From Octopus sinensis (taxonomy: Eukaryota), in contig NC_042999.1 of the NCBI RefSeq assembly GCF_006345805.1, positions 124,248,001 through 124,312,000 on the forward strand: 64,000 nt of DNA, read 5' to 3'. Below, one piece after another: positions 1 to 13,238 of the stretch; the stretch's first letter is position 1, and every line of letters begins with the position of its first letter. The notes beneath the pieces were generated by a model, which did not search any database, was not told the origin of the DNA, and saw nothing but the letters and a program-made list of their open reading frames with translations. The translations under genes were made by a program, and so were the position numbers.

Positions 1-1535
1 CAAGGTTCCATGCAGTGGGACTGAACCCAGAACCAGGTGGTTGGAAAGCAAGCTACTTACCACACAGCCACTCCTAGGGCCAAAGTTTCATTCATTCACC
101 ATAACACCTATAGGGAGCTGGTTTGGTATAATAATTTTATAGAACAATGTAGTTGCTTTAATGGTATTCTTACACAGTGAAGAAAGTCAGGATTTCATTA
201 TATATTTCGAGAGTACTGCAGATGATAACATGAACATAAAATTATTTCAGTTACCAGCAATCTACATACACATAGATTTGAGTATATAAATAACTGAATA
301 TTTTATTGTTTACCTAATTTTTAACATCTACTTTTCTCTGTTTGCATAGGTTATATAAGAGTATTTTGAGACAGTATTTCTACAACCAGATGTCTTTCGT
401 CTTGTTAAACACCTCTTGTCTCCAAGTGGGATAATAATGTTCTTGTCTATCAAACAACAAGCAGCCTGAATATTATTTATGTGGAGGACTACAAACAAAC
501 AACACCATATGAACCCTTTGTTTTCAAAAACTGCACAATATCTCAAAATATGTCTAGACGCTGGACATGTTTTTGTAATGGTCAACAAGAAAATAACATC
601 ATCAGGAAGCTATTGTTTACAAAGTAGTGAAAGTATGGGAAACGTGAAATCATACAAATCCAAACATGCATGCACACACACATACAAACATGCATGCACA
701 TGCACACACATACACACACACAACACATATATACGATGGGCTTGTTTCAGTTTCTGTCTACCAAATCCACTCACAAGGCTTTGGTTGGCCTGAGGCTGTA
801 GTAGAAGACACTTGCCCAAGGTTCCATGCAGTGGGACTGAACCCAGAACCAGGTGGTTGGAAAGCAAGCTACTTACCACACAGCCACTCCTAGGGCCAAA
901 GTTTCATTCATTCACCATAACACCTATAGGGAGCTGGTTTGGTATAATAATTTTATAGAACAATGTAGTTGCTTTAATGGTATTCTTACACAGTGAAGAA
1001 AGTCAGGATTTCATTATATATTTCGAGAGTACTGCAGATGATAACATGAACATAAAATTATTTCAGTTACCAGCAATCTACATACACATAGATTTGAGTA
1101 TATAAATAACTGAATATTTTATTGTTTACCTAATTTTTAACATCTACTTTTCTCTGTTTGCATAGGTTATATAGAGTATTTTGAGACAGTATTTCTACAA
1201 CCAGATGTCTTCGTCTTGTTAAACACCTCTTGTCTCCAAGTGGGATAATAATGTTCTTGTCTATCAAACAACAAGCAGCCTGAATATTATTTATGTGGAG
1301 GACTACAAACAAACAACACCATATGAACCCTTTGTTTTCAAAAACTGCACAATATCTCAAAATATGTCTAGACGCTGGACATGTTTTTGTAATGGTCAAC
1401 AAGAAAATAACATCATCAGGAAGCTATTGTTTACAAAGTAGTGAAAGTATGGGAAACGTGAAATCATACAAATCCAAACATGCATGCACACACACATACA
1501 AACATGCATGCACATGCACACACATACACACACAC
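1..1535. repeat. Near-identical tandem duplication, unit ~815 bp (1-721 repeated at 817-1535)
   Basis: CAAGGTTCCATGCAGTGGGACTG starts at 1 and at 817. The copies match by eye except two 1-bp indels (TTATATAAGA/TTATATAGA; TGTCTTTCGT/TGTCTTCGT). Confidence 0.95.
330..600 (-). mobile_element. Possible Penelope-like element C-terminal remnant (second copy ~1145-1410)
   Basis: Minus ORF SRHI..FENKGFIW..CCLIDKNIII..CLTRRKTSGCRN loosely follows the PLE C-terminal pattern (SKHIW..W..C.LCL.EK..LNKR.E..S.CRH). The match is weak. Confidence 0.3.
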
Positions 1536-1701
1536 ACACACACGTGTATGCATTTATATAAGAGATTTTTTTTTTCAGTTTTCATTAGTCAAATTCACTC
1601 AGGTTTTGGTCAATCCAAAGCTATAGTAGAAGACACTTACCCAAGGTACTATGCAGTGGAACTGAACCCAAAGCCATGTATTTGGGAAGTAGAAAGCCAA
1701 G

Positions 1702-1927
1702 AAGATGGCGAACTGGCAGAAACGTTAGCACACCAGCCAAAATGCTTATCGGTATTTCATCTGCCACTATGTTCGGAGTTCAAATTCCACCAAGGTCAAC
1801 TTTGCCTTTCATCCTTTCAGGGTCAATTAAATATGTACCAGTTATGCACTGTGGTCGATATAATCGACTTAATCCATTTGACTGTCCTTGTTTGTGTAGC
1901 CCCTTGTGGACAGTAAAGAAATAAGAA
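1702..1927 (+). mobile_element. SINE family B copy (GGCGAGCTGGCAGAAACGTTAGCA... type)
   Basis: Same ~230-bp sequence recurs at ~3915-4110(-), 5640-5760(+), 14730-14960(-), 32770-32930(+), 33955-34142(-), 46790-47045(-), 47885-48062(+). It contains GAGTTCAAATTCC (B-box-like). Confidence 0.8.
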
Positions 1928-2622
1928 AGCCAAAAAGATGTAGATCCTTCTGATATCAGATTTTCTCTGCCTATTATGAAAATAGATTTGACTTATTTCA
2001 TTTCAAAATTTCTTCATGCTTTTCCACTGACATGCAATAGAAATTAATTCTAAAAGAGTTATTATTATTGACATGATGCTGGTCAACAGCTGGTTTGTCT
2101 GAATGTAAACATCAGTTGCATAACAACTTAATCAATAGACTGGTTTTTAACTCTTAGTCTATGGACAAATACAGTTGTTGAAATCTGATCTTGTGGATTA
2201 AAATATTTCAGTAATTCAAATGTGTTCAACAACTTGGTCAATTTGCTCAAGTATTAACACTAATCGAAGTTAACCATATGAAAACTGTCAAAAATATGAC
2301 AAATTATAATATCAAAGGCATCTTGTAGAAGCGTTCAGATCACAGGCAACAAAATGCATATCACTGACAACTCAACCAAGTGAAGGAAGTTATGTCTTAA
2401 CACACTCATTTAGATTTTCATTACACTTTGATCTTTTTCTTGTAAATGATACATGCTAGTCAATTATTTTTCCAGGTAAATGTCTTTCATATCTCTTCTC
2501 TCCAAATCAACAATCAGGATTCAAGCAATTTATACATTTTAATCAAAGTTTAAGATGTTTGTATAACAACTCTGTTACAAGCCAACTCTATCACATTCAT
2601 CCTCATCTTGTCTGTCTCTCTC

Positions 2623-2679
<57 letters not shown>

Positions 2680-2849
2680 TACGACACACACACACATATA
2701 TATATATATATTTATATATATATATATATGTGTGTGTGTGTTTAATCTTTATTACAATGTGCCCATTCACTACTGAGGTCTTTTCTGTTCATGTTTCAAT
2801 ACCATATAATAACAGTTCTATATTTGATCGATGCATCAGGAAAAAAAAA

Positions 2850-3560
2850 AATTCTTTCTTTTGTTCAGTCAAAGAATTTGTTTACCATGTTACTGCAGCA
2901 GTTCCTTAAACATCTTCCTTCTACTTTTCACTTTAAGTATAACACTGCTACTGACTTCACTTCTAAAAGTGGTTTGGTCACTTCAATAACAGAGATTGTC
3001 TTCCACTTTGACTGAATCCATCACCTCTTGACCTGCTGATGTCACTTTAAGTGCACCACCAGTGAATTTAATGCACTTAATGTATTCAATTACTGTCAAA
3101 TCTACCTGAAATTCTGCTACACATCATATGCTTTCAGTTATTATATTACAAACAGCATATTGACTTCTTCGTCTATACTGAACTTGGCCATCTGCTTGAT
3201 GAAATTATACTAAAGGAAATACCTGCAACTGGCCACCATCTTAATTTTGATTTCCTCAATAATCAGCCCCTTACTTTTCAGATTTCAAATATTTCCTGTA
3301 TTGTCCTTTATAGATTCATCAGTACAAAATAAATTATCTCTTTTCAGATGCACTTATGATCAGAATGATCAGAATAATCATCAAATTTTAGCTCTAATAA
3401 CTTTCTTACTACTTTTATCTGGTTTACATAGCCACTTACAAAGCTACCTATCAACAACTAGCTTTGTTAATGCTGCCAAGCATCACAGCAAGTGGCATTC
3501 TGCCAAATGCTTTATCTATATGAGCAAACAGAAGTACAACTCCTTGCTTTTTGACAAGCT
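2850..3560 (-). mobile_element. Highly decayed pogo/Tigger-like transposase remnant
   Basis: Minus frames give HLKRDNLFCTDES (cf. IFNADET), ADGQVQYRRR and IKCIKF..TSAGQEVMDSVK (cf. FLPPNTTS.LQP.DQG.I...K), with many stops. Confidence 0.35.
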
Positions 3561-4765
3561 ATGCAATGAACTGAAAAACACCATGTGTTTGTGTGTGTAT
3601 ATGTGTGTGTTTATGTGTGAATGCACACATCATACCTAGATTATAGGTATTATGACACATAAAATCAGGGTACTCAATACTAACATTAGCATGAAATATT
3701 TAATTATATAGTCCTTTCACTGATCATATTATCATGGCTTAGACTCATAGCCAGAAAAATCTCTGGATAATCATAGGCAATAAAATACATCTGTAGCCAA
3801 TTATTATTTATTGTTTTTAGAAGAGGACTCCAAGGTTCCAGTTTTACATTATAGGTTTGAACTTATGCTAAGGGGTATAATTCATTACTTCTTAATAAGG
3901 TTTCAAATTTTGACACAAGTCCAGCAATTTCAGGGAAGTGGGTAAGTCGATGACGTCAACTCCAGTGTTCAACTGGTACATATTTTATTTAACCCAGAAG
4001 GATGAAAGGCAAAGTCAACCTCAGCAGAATTTGAGCTTCGAACATAAGGACAGACAAAATGCCTCTAAGCATTTGCTTGGCATGTTAACAATTCTGCCAG
4101 CTCACCACCTTTCATTACTTTTTAATAATGATTGTTAGCAACATGTTATTTAACTTGGGTTAGCCCCAGATGATATGGTTGATGAACATTTAAAAGTGAC
4201 TGACTTCAAAGGTAGAGGATTTTGAGAAAGTTGCTACAGGGTAAGGGTAAATAATGAGTAGGGGATAATGAATGAGTTAAAACCATTAAAGTGTCACTGA
4301 CTATTTTTTATGTAATATGTGCAGGTGTGGCTCTGTAATAAGAAGTTTGCTTCCTGACCGTATGGTTTTGGTGTCAGTCTTTCTGCATGACACAATCCCA
4401 GGTCAATCAAAGCCTTGTGAAAGTAGGTGCTGGTTTGTTTATATCCCTTAAACTTAGTTGTTCAGCGAAAGGTACAATACTAACAGAATAAGTACTGGAC
4501 TTAAAAAATAAATAAATACTTGATGGTGGTGGAAGTAATTCATTCAATGAGTGTAATAAGTAAAAAATAAAAGGAGTATAAAAAAAGAGAATCTGGTGAA
4601 CTGACAGTAGGGACTGATGATATAAATAACAGAGACCATAGAGGTAAAGAGTATTTCATAGTGGGTTAAAGCTAAGGTGAGAAATACACAGTGTGATTGC
4701 TCCAGGTAAAGAATTAAACATTAAACCATTCAATCAAGTGAAAGTATAATCTTACAGTATTTTAA

Positions 4766-4986
4766 CCCTTTCATTACCATATTTCTGTTGAGATGCTCTG
4801 TGTTTCTTTCAATTAATTTTAAATATAACAATGAATTTAGTAAAATAACTTCGTTATCATTCAGCTAGTGTTAGGAATAGAAATTGTGACTAAGGTTTGG
4901 TGGAAGGTTTTAATTCAGAACTTTTGATGACAAGACACTTGTACTCAGAGTGAGAGGTGGTTTCAGGCAGGTTGGCAACAAAAGGG
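4766..4986. mobile_element. piggyBac-type MITE
   Basis: TTAA(4762-65) CCCTTT...AAAGGG TTAA(4987-90): CCC/GGG termini with TTAA target-site duplication. Confidence 0.75.
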
Positions 4987-6019
4987 TTAACAAATATTTA
5001 TTAAAATAGAGACCCTTGTTGAAAATCTTCGACTCAGTATTTAGATAATCTGCAGATATGTTTGAAGGTATTTCCAGTTATGCACAGCCAATAGGCTTCT
5101 TTCTTTTATTCCAATTCTGTATGCTTCATATTTTTTAAGGATGTTTCACTTGAGGTCAAATGCAGTTGCATGGCAGTTCAGACAAAAGTTCAGATAATAA
5201 TTGGATAGCTTGCTGCATTACTTGTCACTATATTTCTGAAGGAAAAAAGTGTAGTTAAAGTACATTTGCTTCAACTTATCTTCCACCAAACTTCTATAAT
5301 GTTTATACACAGTGCTTAGATTTGATTTCGTGGAGGTAACTTCTGCCCCATAAATAATTGCTATAGCATTTCACATATGATTAAGAGTGCATGCATTTGT
5401 ATTTCTTATTGTGCATTTAACCTTAGTTATATTTAGTTGCTTTACTTGTTATTAAATTTTCCATAGCAGTGATGGAGATGTAATTTAGTTTTAAGTTATT
5501 TCCGCCGAATGATTTACTATATCATTGACTAATTGTGAAATGCTTAATTAATAAGTTGATTTAACTATGTTAGACTTAACATTTAATGTCTTTTCCAACA
5601 TTCAAGTGAATGGTTCAAAAGAATCAAACAAGCAAAATTGTTAGCATACTGGGAAAAATGCTTAGCAGCATTTCATCTGTCTTTACATTCTGAGTTCAAA
5701 TTCTGTTGAGGTCAACTTTGCCTTTCATCCTTTTAGGGTCAATAAAATAAGTACTGTGAAGACTTGTGAAATATAGCTACCTGTGGTTTTCTGTCTGAAA
5801 ATTTTTATTTATTTCACCCTTTATGAAGCTGGTAAAGACAAGACAGTTTAGTAGCTCCACTCGATGTCCAAGAACTTTGAATGAGCACACACATTTTGAA
5901 AAGGATAAACCAGTGAAGAGGAGATAATTAACTGCCCAGCAAATAAATGCAGTGTTTTACAAGTGTCTAAAAATAAACCAGCATTGGAATGGGTTAGGGT
6001 TTGTCCAAAGGTTTATCTT

Positions 6020-7180
6020 TAATTCTCACTAAGATGTACTTTGTAATATGTAGACATGGTGAAAATATCTCACTGTTCTCATTTATACACTCCCTGGATG
6101 TTCTAGGTCTTTTTTAAAGATACAGTTTTTCAAGTGAGCTTATGAAACATCTTTTTGACCCATTAATATAAGGTCTAATCTTAGGATCTTCCACTTGGTG
6201 TTGTAATTAATGTTCAGATCCTTAAAGTCTCCAGATTAATACTGAGAGGATTGTTGTGTCTCTTTTTGGGGTGCCCAAAGGTAGAAAATTGGTTGCCATA
6301 TTTGGGTTTAAATTTTTGTACTACAGGCACTAACATAGCTAGGTGGGAGCTGTAGAGGTGGTCTGCTCTGGGTGGCACTTTTGGGTCTGCTGTAGGCAAT
6401 GTGTTTTTTGTGGGGTCCAGGGCAGCAAACAGAAAGGCCACCCTGGGCAGCACACACTCTAGCTATGCTAGTGCCTACAGGCTCTATATATCATTTAGTC
6501 TGGTTGGAGTTATTATTACATCTCATAAACAACAAAAGATGTGCCTGCTTAAGAGAACATTTTGTGTATCTCAGTCTGATCCCAGCTATTGATTGCTTAT
6601 TGATATAGGTCTTTACATTACGGGGACAGGAATACATAATTTTAATGGTGTGCCTATTAAATATCTTACTATACTTACAGTTGCTTTCAAAGTGATTATT
6701 TAATAAGAGTATGAATCTTCTATCTATATTTGTTCTAACATTTAGGGACAATGGTAGTTTGAATCCTAAAATATTGCAGGACCTATTCTTATGACTGGAT
6801 AGCTGTGGAAGTGGAGTGTTATAAAAGATTTTATCATTAAAGATGCAATCCTCTAAAGCCTTATTATAATATGGGGATGCCATTTCAAATATTTCGCTAA
6901 CTGAAGAAAGGCATGTGATTCTATTGCTAATATTAGGAATTAAGTTCTTAAATGTTATAAGTGGATGGCAACAATGTTCATTAACACACTTGAGATTTTC
7001 ATTGGGCTTACTGAAGGGTTTATAGAAATTAATATTGTGGCATAAAGTAAGTCAAAAATGTCAGTTCTAGTTAAGTTAGTGTCAGCAGAAAATTTAAATC
7101 CTAAAGAAATAAAGGTGGAAATCAACTGTTTTCTGCAGGAATCTATAGTGTGGCTTACACAACTCTGTGGAACTTTACAT
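6020..7180 (-). mobile_element. Penelope-like retroelement fragment (RT thumb to GIY-YIG C-terminus), decayed
   Basis: Peptides FISLGFKFSADTNLTRTDIFD; PYYNKAL; PLSLNVRTNIDRRFILLLNNHF..YSKIFNRHTIKIMYSCPRNVKTYINK; KFKPKYGNQFSTFGHPKKRHNNPLS; NINYNTKWKIL; RPYINGSKRC..LEKLYL; NENSEIFSPCLH all follow PLE ORF order. Confidence 0.85.
6328..6473. mobile_element. hAT-type MITE nested in the Penelope-like element
   Basis: 15-bp TIR CACTAACATAGCTAG / CTAGCTATGCTAGTG (14/15). 8-bp TSD ACTACAGG (6320-27) / CCTACAGG (6474-81). Confidence 0.8.
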
Positions 7181-7862
7181 ATACATACATACATACATAC
7201 TGTTTTTTTGTAAACTTTCCCTATATATATATATATAGATTCAGATGAACATGGTACTTAAGTTGAGGCACCAGAATTTAGTATGGTATTATCCATATAA
7301 TTTCAAAGTAAGGTGATTAAAATCAAAATAAGCATCAAGGATATCCAGAGGTAAGACAATAAGATCGTTTAATGCAACTCCATTTAATTGAACAATGCAA
7401 TCTTTACATCAATTTAAAATGCAGTGCAATCTTTAGCTGCACAAAGACATAGAATTTAATTAAATTAGAACAGATGGACACATTAGTATAATTATACCTA
7501 AAATCTCCAAGAAGTTAATGAGATAGACAAAAAACATGCTGTCTCACTCAAGTATTGTTCTATTAAATGGAGTTGCATGAAACAATCATACTGCATTACC
7601 TCTAGATATCCTTGTTGCTTATTTTGATATATATATGCATATGTATCATCATCATCATTTAATACACATATTCCATATTGGCATGGACAACCGGTGTTGG
7701 TGTGCTTCTCTCCTTGTAACTTAATGGTTCACCAAGAGGTAAATAAAATAGAATAAGTACCAGGTTAAAAATAAAAGATTGGGGTTGATTTGTTCGACTA
7801 AAGACAATGCTCCAGCATGGTTGCAGTAAATGACTGAAAAAAAAATAAAATAGTAAAAGAAT

Positions 7863-7915
<53 letters not shown>

Positions 7916-8146
7916 CAGTCCCAGTCAACTTGATTTTCAGAACAAATTTGACTGTACTATTAGTGTAGGGTTACACCAAAAATAATACTTAGTTGTTAAT
8001 CATAAAATTACTTCCAAATAATAGCATCATTGTGTGTGTGTGTATTCATATATTCACTCATAAACACAATAACACGCTTAGTGGTACAATGTATCATGTT
8101 GACAGATATGATAACAAATATATTAAATTTCTTCTATTGAAATATA

Positions 8147-8186
<40 letters not shown>

Positions 8187-8437
8187 CACTACAGTATAGA
8201 AATTTGGAGTTAAAACCTAAACTTGGCAAAGGAACACATACACTAAGCAATATAACATAGTTCTGGGCATTATTACATCCATCATTAGTTCCATTAATGT
8301 CTAAATTATGACCTTACACCAGTTCTGGTTGATCACAACAGTGATTCCAAAATTATATGTAATTATATGTATTGTATGTATGTGCATATGTGTGTATATA
8401 ATAGATAGATAGATACATACATACATACATACATACA

Positions 8438-8469
<32 letters not shown>

Positions 8470-8738
8470 CACAGAATAGATAGGTAGAGATGTATAGACA
8501 TCTATATCTATCTTTGTGTGTGTTGTCTATCTGTTTGTATATATGTGTGCATATATGTGTATTGTATATCTATATATGCCTGTACAGAAATGCAATAACT
8601 GTGATGGTAATATATTTGACAAGTGACCACATGGACATACATTCAAATCTTCACACAGCCAAATAAGTCTATAGTTTACACATACACAATCACACACATT
8701 TATATAAGTATATACATATACATCATATACATATACTG

Positions 8739-8801
<63 letters not shown>

Positions 8802-9122
8802 ATAGATAGATAGATAGATAGTTAACTCTACTTATTCATGTTTGCTTCACTGATGCAAAAAACAGGCTCCGCTCTGACTTCACACTTGATTGGTTAGAAG
8901 AAAGAAGAGTGTTCAGCTGTAAAAACAATCGCTCCAATAATAAGGCTTGTCACGGTTTCAAGAAGGATAGAAAAAGAAATGTATGTAAAATTATTAAAAA
9001 AAATAGCATTACTGATATACATGTGCATCTGTGTGTGTCTGTGTGTGTACTTATATCATCATCATACACACACATACAAACATATACACACACAAACATA
9101 CGTACACACATGCACTCACATA

Positions 9123-9164
<42 letters not shown>

Positions 9165-9178
9165 GTGTGTGTGTGTGT

Positions 9179-9475
9179 GGAGGCACAATGGCCCAGTGGT
9201 TAGGGCAGCAGACTCACGGTTGGAGGATCGCGGTTTCAATTCCCGAACCGGGCGTTGTGTGTGTTTATTGAGCGAAAACATCTAAAGCTCCATGAGGCTC
9301 TGGCAGAGGGTGGTGGCGACCCCTGCTGTACTCTTTCTCTCACTCTTTCTTCTGTTGGCCCGCTTCCTTAGCCAGCGTGGTGGCGTCATTTGAAGGCTAA
9401 AACAATGCAAAGTGCATTGTGACCAGCGATGTGTAGCAACATTTGACAGCCTGGTCGGTCACGTGATCACATGAT
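9179..9475 (+). mobile_element. tRNA-derived SINE family C
   Basis: A-box TGGCCCAGTGG and B-box-like GGTTTCAATTCC followed by a non-tRNA body. A second copy lies at 43740-44040. Confidence 0.8.
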
Positions 9476-9487
9476 ATATATATAGTT

Positions 9488-9850
9488 GCAGGAGTGGCTG
9501 TGTGGTTAGTAGCTTGCTTATCAACCACATGGTTCTGGGTTCAGTCCCACTGCTACTATAGCCTTGGGCCAATCAAAGCTTTGTGAGTGGATTTGGTAGA
9601 TGGAAACTGAAAGAAGCCTGTTGTATATATGTATATGTATGAGTGTGTGTGTTTGTGTGTCTGTGTTTGTGCCCCAACATTGCTTGACAACCGATGCTGG
9701 TGTGTTTACCTGTAACTTACCAGTTTGGCAAAAGAGACCACTAGAATAAGTACTAGGCTTACAAAGAATAAGTCCTGGGGTCGATTTGCTCAACTAAAGG
9801 TGGTGCTCTGGCATGGCCACAGTCAAATGACTGAAACACGTAAAAGAATA
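9488..9850 (+). mobile_element. SINE family A (GGAGTGGCTGTGTGG...CAGTCAAATGACTGAAAC), with internal (AT/GT)n spacer
   Basis: Most abundant interspersed repeat here. It has a Pol III-like head, an internal microsatellite and an AG-rich tail. Confidence 0.85.
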
Positions 9851-10380
9851 TATATACAATATACATTTTAAGTGATTGATATGGAAGACAAAGTGTAACT
9901 ATAAGCTTTATTTAGCACAACAATCGTTTCAGCTGCCTTCTACACTGCTTCCTAGTGGGTAGGGAATGATGTAATGACATCAGATGCATCGCACAGTGCA
10001 GAGAACCTCATCAGGCTATGTAACATGCTTCAAAAGTTATAAAATTTACATCTTGCTCCAAGTGATATTAAAGTGTGTATATACAATTTACATATATACA
10101 CATCTTACCACCACAATCTAGCATACAACATAATTATCATTCAACAGAACTCAGATTACCCTAGAAAATTTTAACTTAACAGATACTATGTAAATCCAAG
10201 ACAAACTTAAAACCTCAATGACGGGTTATCTGACCAAAACTTTGAAGTCACTATTTTTATTAAAGAATCATAAATTTGTATTCTACCAAATGTATTGAGT
10301 AATCTTTCAATTTAATGTAAAACTGTTTTTACGAAAAAAACATTAATATACATACATACATATATATATATATATTTATG

Positions 10381-10441
<61 letters not shown>

Positions 10442-10486
10442 ATGTATGTATGTACACATGCACACACACACACACACATATATATA

Positions 10487-11690
10487 CGAGGCTGAGTCAA
10501 ATATTTTTTCAGATCTTCATTGATTGTTGGCAACTTGTGTCTCCACGTTATATCATTAATTTGATACAACTTGTTGTGCAGTCGTTGCTGAATTGTTTAT
10601 TCTTTATTTTAAAGCTTTGATGATGAGTGTTGAAAAAATTGCATTTAGAGCCATTTTACATTACCTGTGGGGAAAATGGACTGAATGCAAGAGCAGCAGC
10701 AGAAGAAATTAATAATGTGGAAAGTCCAAGAATAGTCAATGGACGTGACACCAGCCTCAAAGCAAACCAAGGTTAGGGAAACCCTCTACTGTGGAAGGCA
10801 AGGCCTTACTTGAAATGGTTGAACTACAGCCAAGCACAAGTACTCATATATTGTCAGCAGAACTTGGTCCTTCAAAAAACACCATCAAATGACACCTTCA
10901 TAAGCTTGGCCTTGTGAGCAGACACCGTTGAGAAGCTCCTCATGAACTGACAAATGACCAGGTTCCACAGTGCATGAACATTTGCAAACAACTGTAGGCA
11001 AATCCTCAAGATACTCACTTTTGGCCTCGAATTGCAACTGGGGATGGAAAACGCATCTATTTTCAAAATTCTATTAAGAGAGATGAATAGTTTCATTCCA
11101 GCCAGACTTCAGAACTTGTCAAATAAGGGTGATTTGAACAGAAGGTCATGTGTGTTTTGTGGAATTTCAAGGGGTTATTGCACTTTAGGCTTGTCCCAGG
11201 TGGTCATACTGTAAACACTAGCCTTTATGCTCAATAACTGCAGTGATTATGTAATGCTTTGAAAGCCCACTACTCAGCATTATTCAATTGAAGTTGCACA
11301 CTCCCCCAGCATGACAATGTCTCAGCACACACTTGCAGTGTGACCAAATGCAAACTTAAGGAATGCAAGGAGCTGGAATTGCTGCCACACCCTACCTACA
11401 GTTCACACCTTGCACTATCAGATTACCACCTTTCCATGAGCTGTGGTTCATTTTGTGCATGGACAAAGGTTTAACAATAAGAATGTAGAATAAGCTGAAA
11501 ACAGGCACAGGGAGTTTTGTCTCTACACAAACCAAATGATATAAGCATGGAATTGAGCTTCTGGTGTAATGATAGCAACAGACAGTAGAATATGATGGGA
11601 TTTATTTTGATAGATAAACATTTTCCATATGTAATTTGTCTGAACTATTTATTAAAGCTTGAAATATTAAAAAATATATTTTACTCATAT
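10487..11690 (+). mobile_element. Decayed mariner (DD34D-type) transposon, near full length
   Basis: ATG at 10623: MSVEKIAFRAILHYL..NARAAAEEIN..HLHKLGLVSR..PHELT..ATGDGKRIYFQN..QHDNVSAH..LLPHPTYSSHLALSDYHL (cf. HPPYSPDLAPSDYHLF). Partial TIR TGAGTCAAATATTTTTT / AAAAAATATATTTTACTCA. Confidence 0.9.
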
Positions 11691-11791
11691 ATATGTATAT
11701 ATACATGTATATAGCATTTGAAAGATGGATAAACACTGGTCAGCTTGAATTGTAAATTTATATGGAGTACAAAATACATTTTACAGCTTAA

Positions 11792-12012
11792 TCCTTTAGC
11801 ATTCAAACCAGCCATATCCAGCCAAAATATTCTACCATTTTTATGTTCAATCTAACCAGATCTGGCCTCTCGTACCTACACTAAAATTCATTTTAAATAT
11901 AAACAATCACCCTCACCAAAAAGGGTAAGTGTAAGAGGCCAGACCATGACAAGTTGAACATAAAACAGGTAGAATATTTTGGCCAGATATGGCCAGTTTG
12001 AATGTTGAAGGG
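11792..12012. mobile_element. piggyBac-type MITE with ~80-bp imperfect TIRs
   Basis: TTAA(11788-91) TCCTTTAGCATTCAAACCAGCCATATCCAGCCAAAATATTCTACC... and reverse-complement terminus ...GGTAGAATATTTTGGCCAGATATGGCCAGTTTGAATGTTGAAGGG TTAA(12013-16). Confidence 0.85.
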
Positions 12013-12084
12013 TTAAGGTGGTGCCCCAGGATGGTCACAGTCCAATGACTGAAACAAGTAAAAGATAAAGATATAAAATATATA

Positions 12085-12420
12085 ACTATAACTGGCACTC
12101 CATCGGTTACGACAATGAGGGTTCCAGTTGATCCGACCAACAGAACAGCCTGCTCATGAAATTAATGTGCAAGTGGTTGAGCACTCCACAGACACAATGT
12201 ACCCTTAATGTAGTTCTCAAGGAAATTCAGTGTGACACAGAATGGGATAAGGCTGACCCTTCGAAATACGGTACTACATATTTTTGCCAGCTGAGTGTAG
12301 TGGAGCAGTGTGAAAGTAAAGTGTCTCACTCAAGGACATAATGCACCACCAGGAATTGAACTTAAGACCCAATGATCAGGAGCTGAATACTCCTAACCAC
12401 TAAGCCACATGCCTTCACAA
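12085..12420 (-). mobile_element. tRNA-derived SINE (family D-like), minus strand
   Basis: Reverse complement begins GTGAAGGCATGTGGCTTAGTGGTTAGGAG..GGTCTTAAGTTCAATTCC, then GTCCTTGAGTGAGACACTT. A related remnant lies at ~47540-47785. Confidence 0.7.
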
Positions 12421-13238
12421 TTTATATTGTTAGATATATTACTGAAGAGCACCTGTAATTCTTTCTTTTTAAAAAAGCTTGTTCCATTCGAATTCACTCA
12501 AAAATATTTATACATATTTTGATGCATCTCTTCCACCATAGAATAAAAATGGAAGTATTTTCTTATGATGAAAATGTTACAAGAATTTTTTTTTCTTTAA
12601 CTATTAGTTTACTCAGAGTTTTCAGGTTTGTAAAGAGAAGCAAAGTTAAGAAAACAGCAAAAAATTCTTAACCATGTTGATGTTACCAGAATTATAAGAA
12701 ACAAGCCTAGACAATATGGCAATTTATAACAAAGATATTGAATTTACAGCAAGACATGCTGAGAAAAATCAAAGATGATAATGGTAGGTTCCATGTTTGT
12801 AGAGGTGGAGAATTTCTGTAAAATTGTTTTGTCTTTTGCTATGGTTGTCACGTTTTGTTATTACCAGAACAAAATATTGGTATTAAATAAACATTGTGCA
12901 AGTAACTTGTTATTGTTGTTGGCAGTGCTATTATTGAAATGTTTGTTGAAATTTTTATTGTTTCCAATTATATATTACTTTTGCTTTTCTTTTATTAGGC
13001 TGCTTAAATCAGATTGCCAATACTTTGCTTATATTTTTCCCTGTGTTATATCCATTTTTCTGTGCAAGCATGGATGGCGGCATAATGTTCACAAATTTGT
13101 ACATTTACATATAATTTTACAGACGGTTTCCCTTTTTGCCACATATTCAAAAATGAAGTTTGAATGGAATATTTTTGTCTAGCAGGGAGGCTAAAACATG
13201 GGAATTTATATGGCTTAGACAAAAATACATAACAATAT

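Noticed and set aside
170-211. Minus 42-nt segment TLEIYNEILTFFT recalling kinesin LEIYNE
   Set aside because: The kinesin motif continues I.DLL, which is absent, and no other kinesin exon is seen.
3290-3322. Minus-strand CTGATGA...GAAA spacing
   Set aside because: The intervening sequence cannot form stem II.
12775-13182. 135-aa hydrophobic ORF
   Set aside because: T-rich compositional artefact with no recognisable family or splice support.
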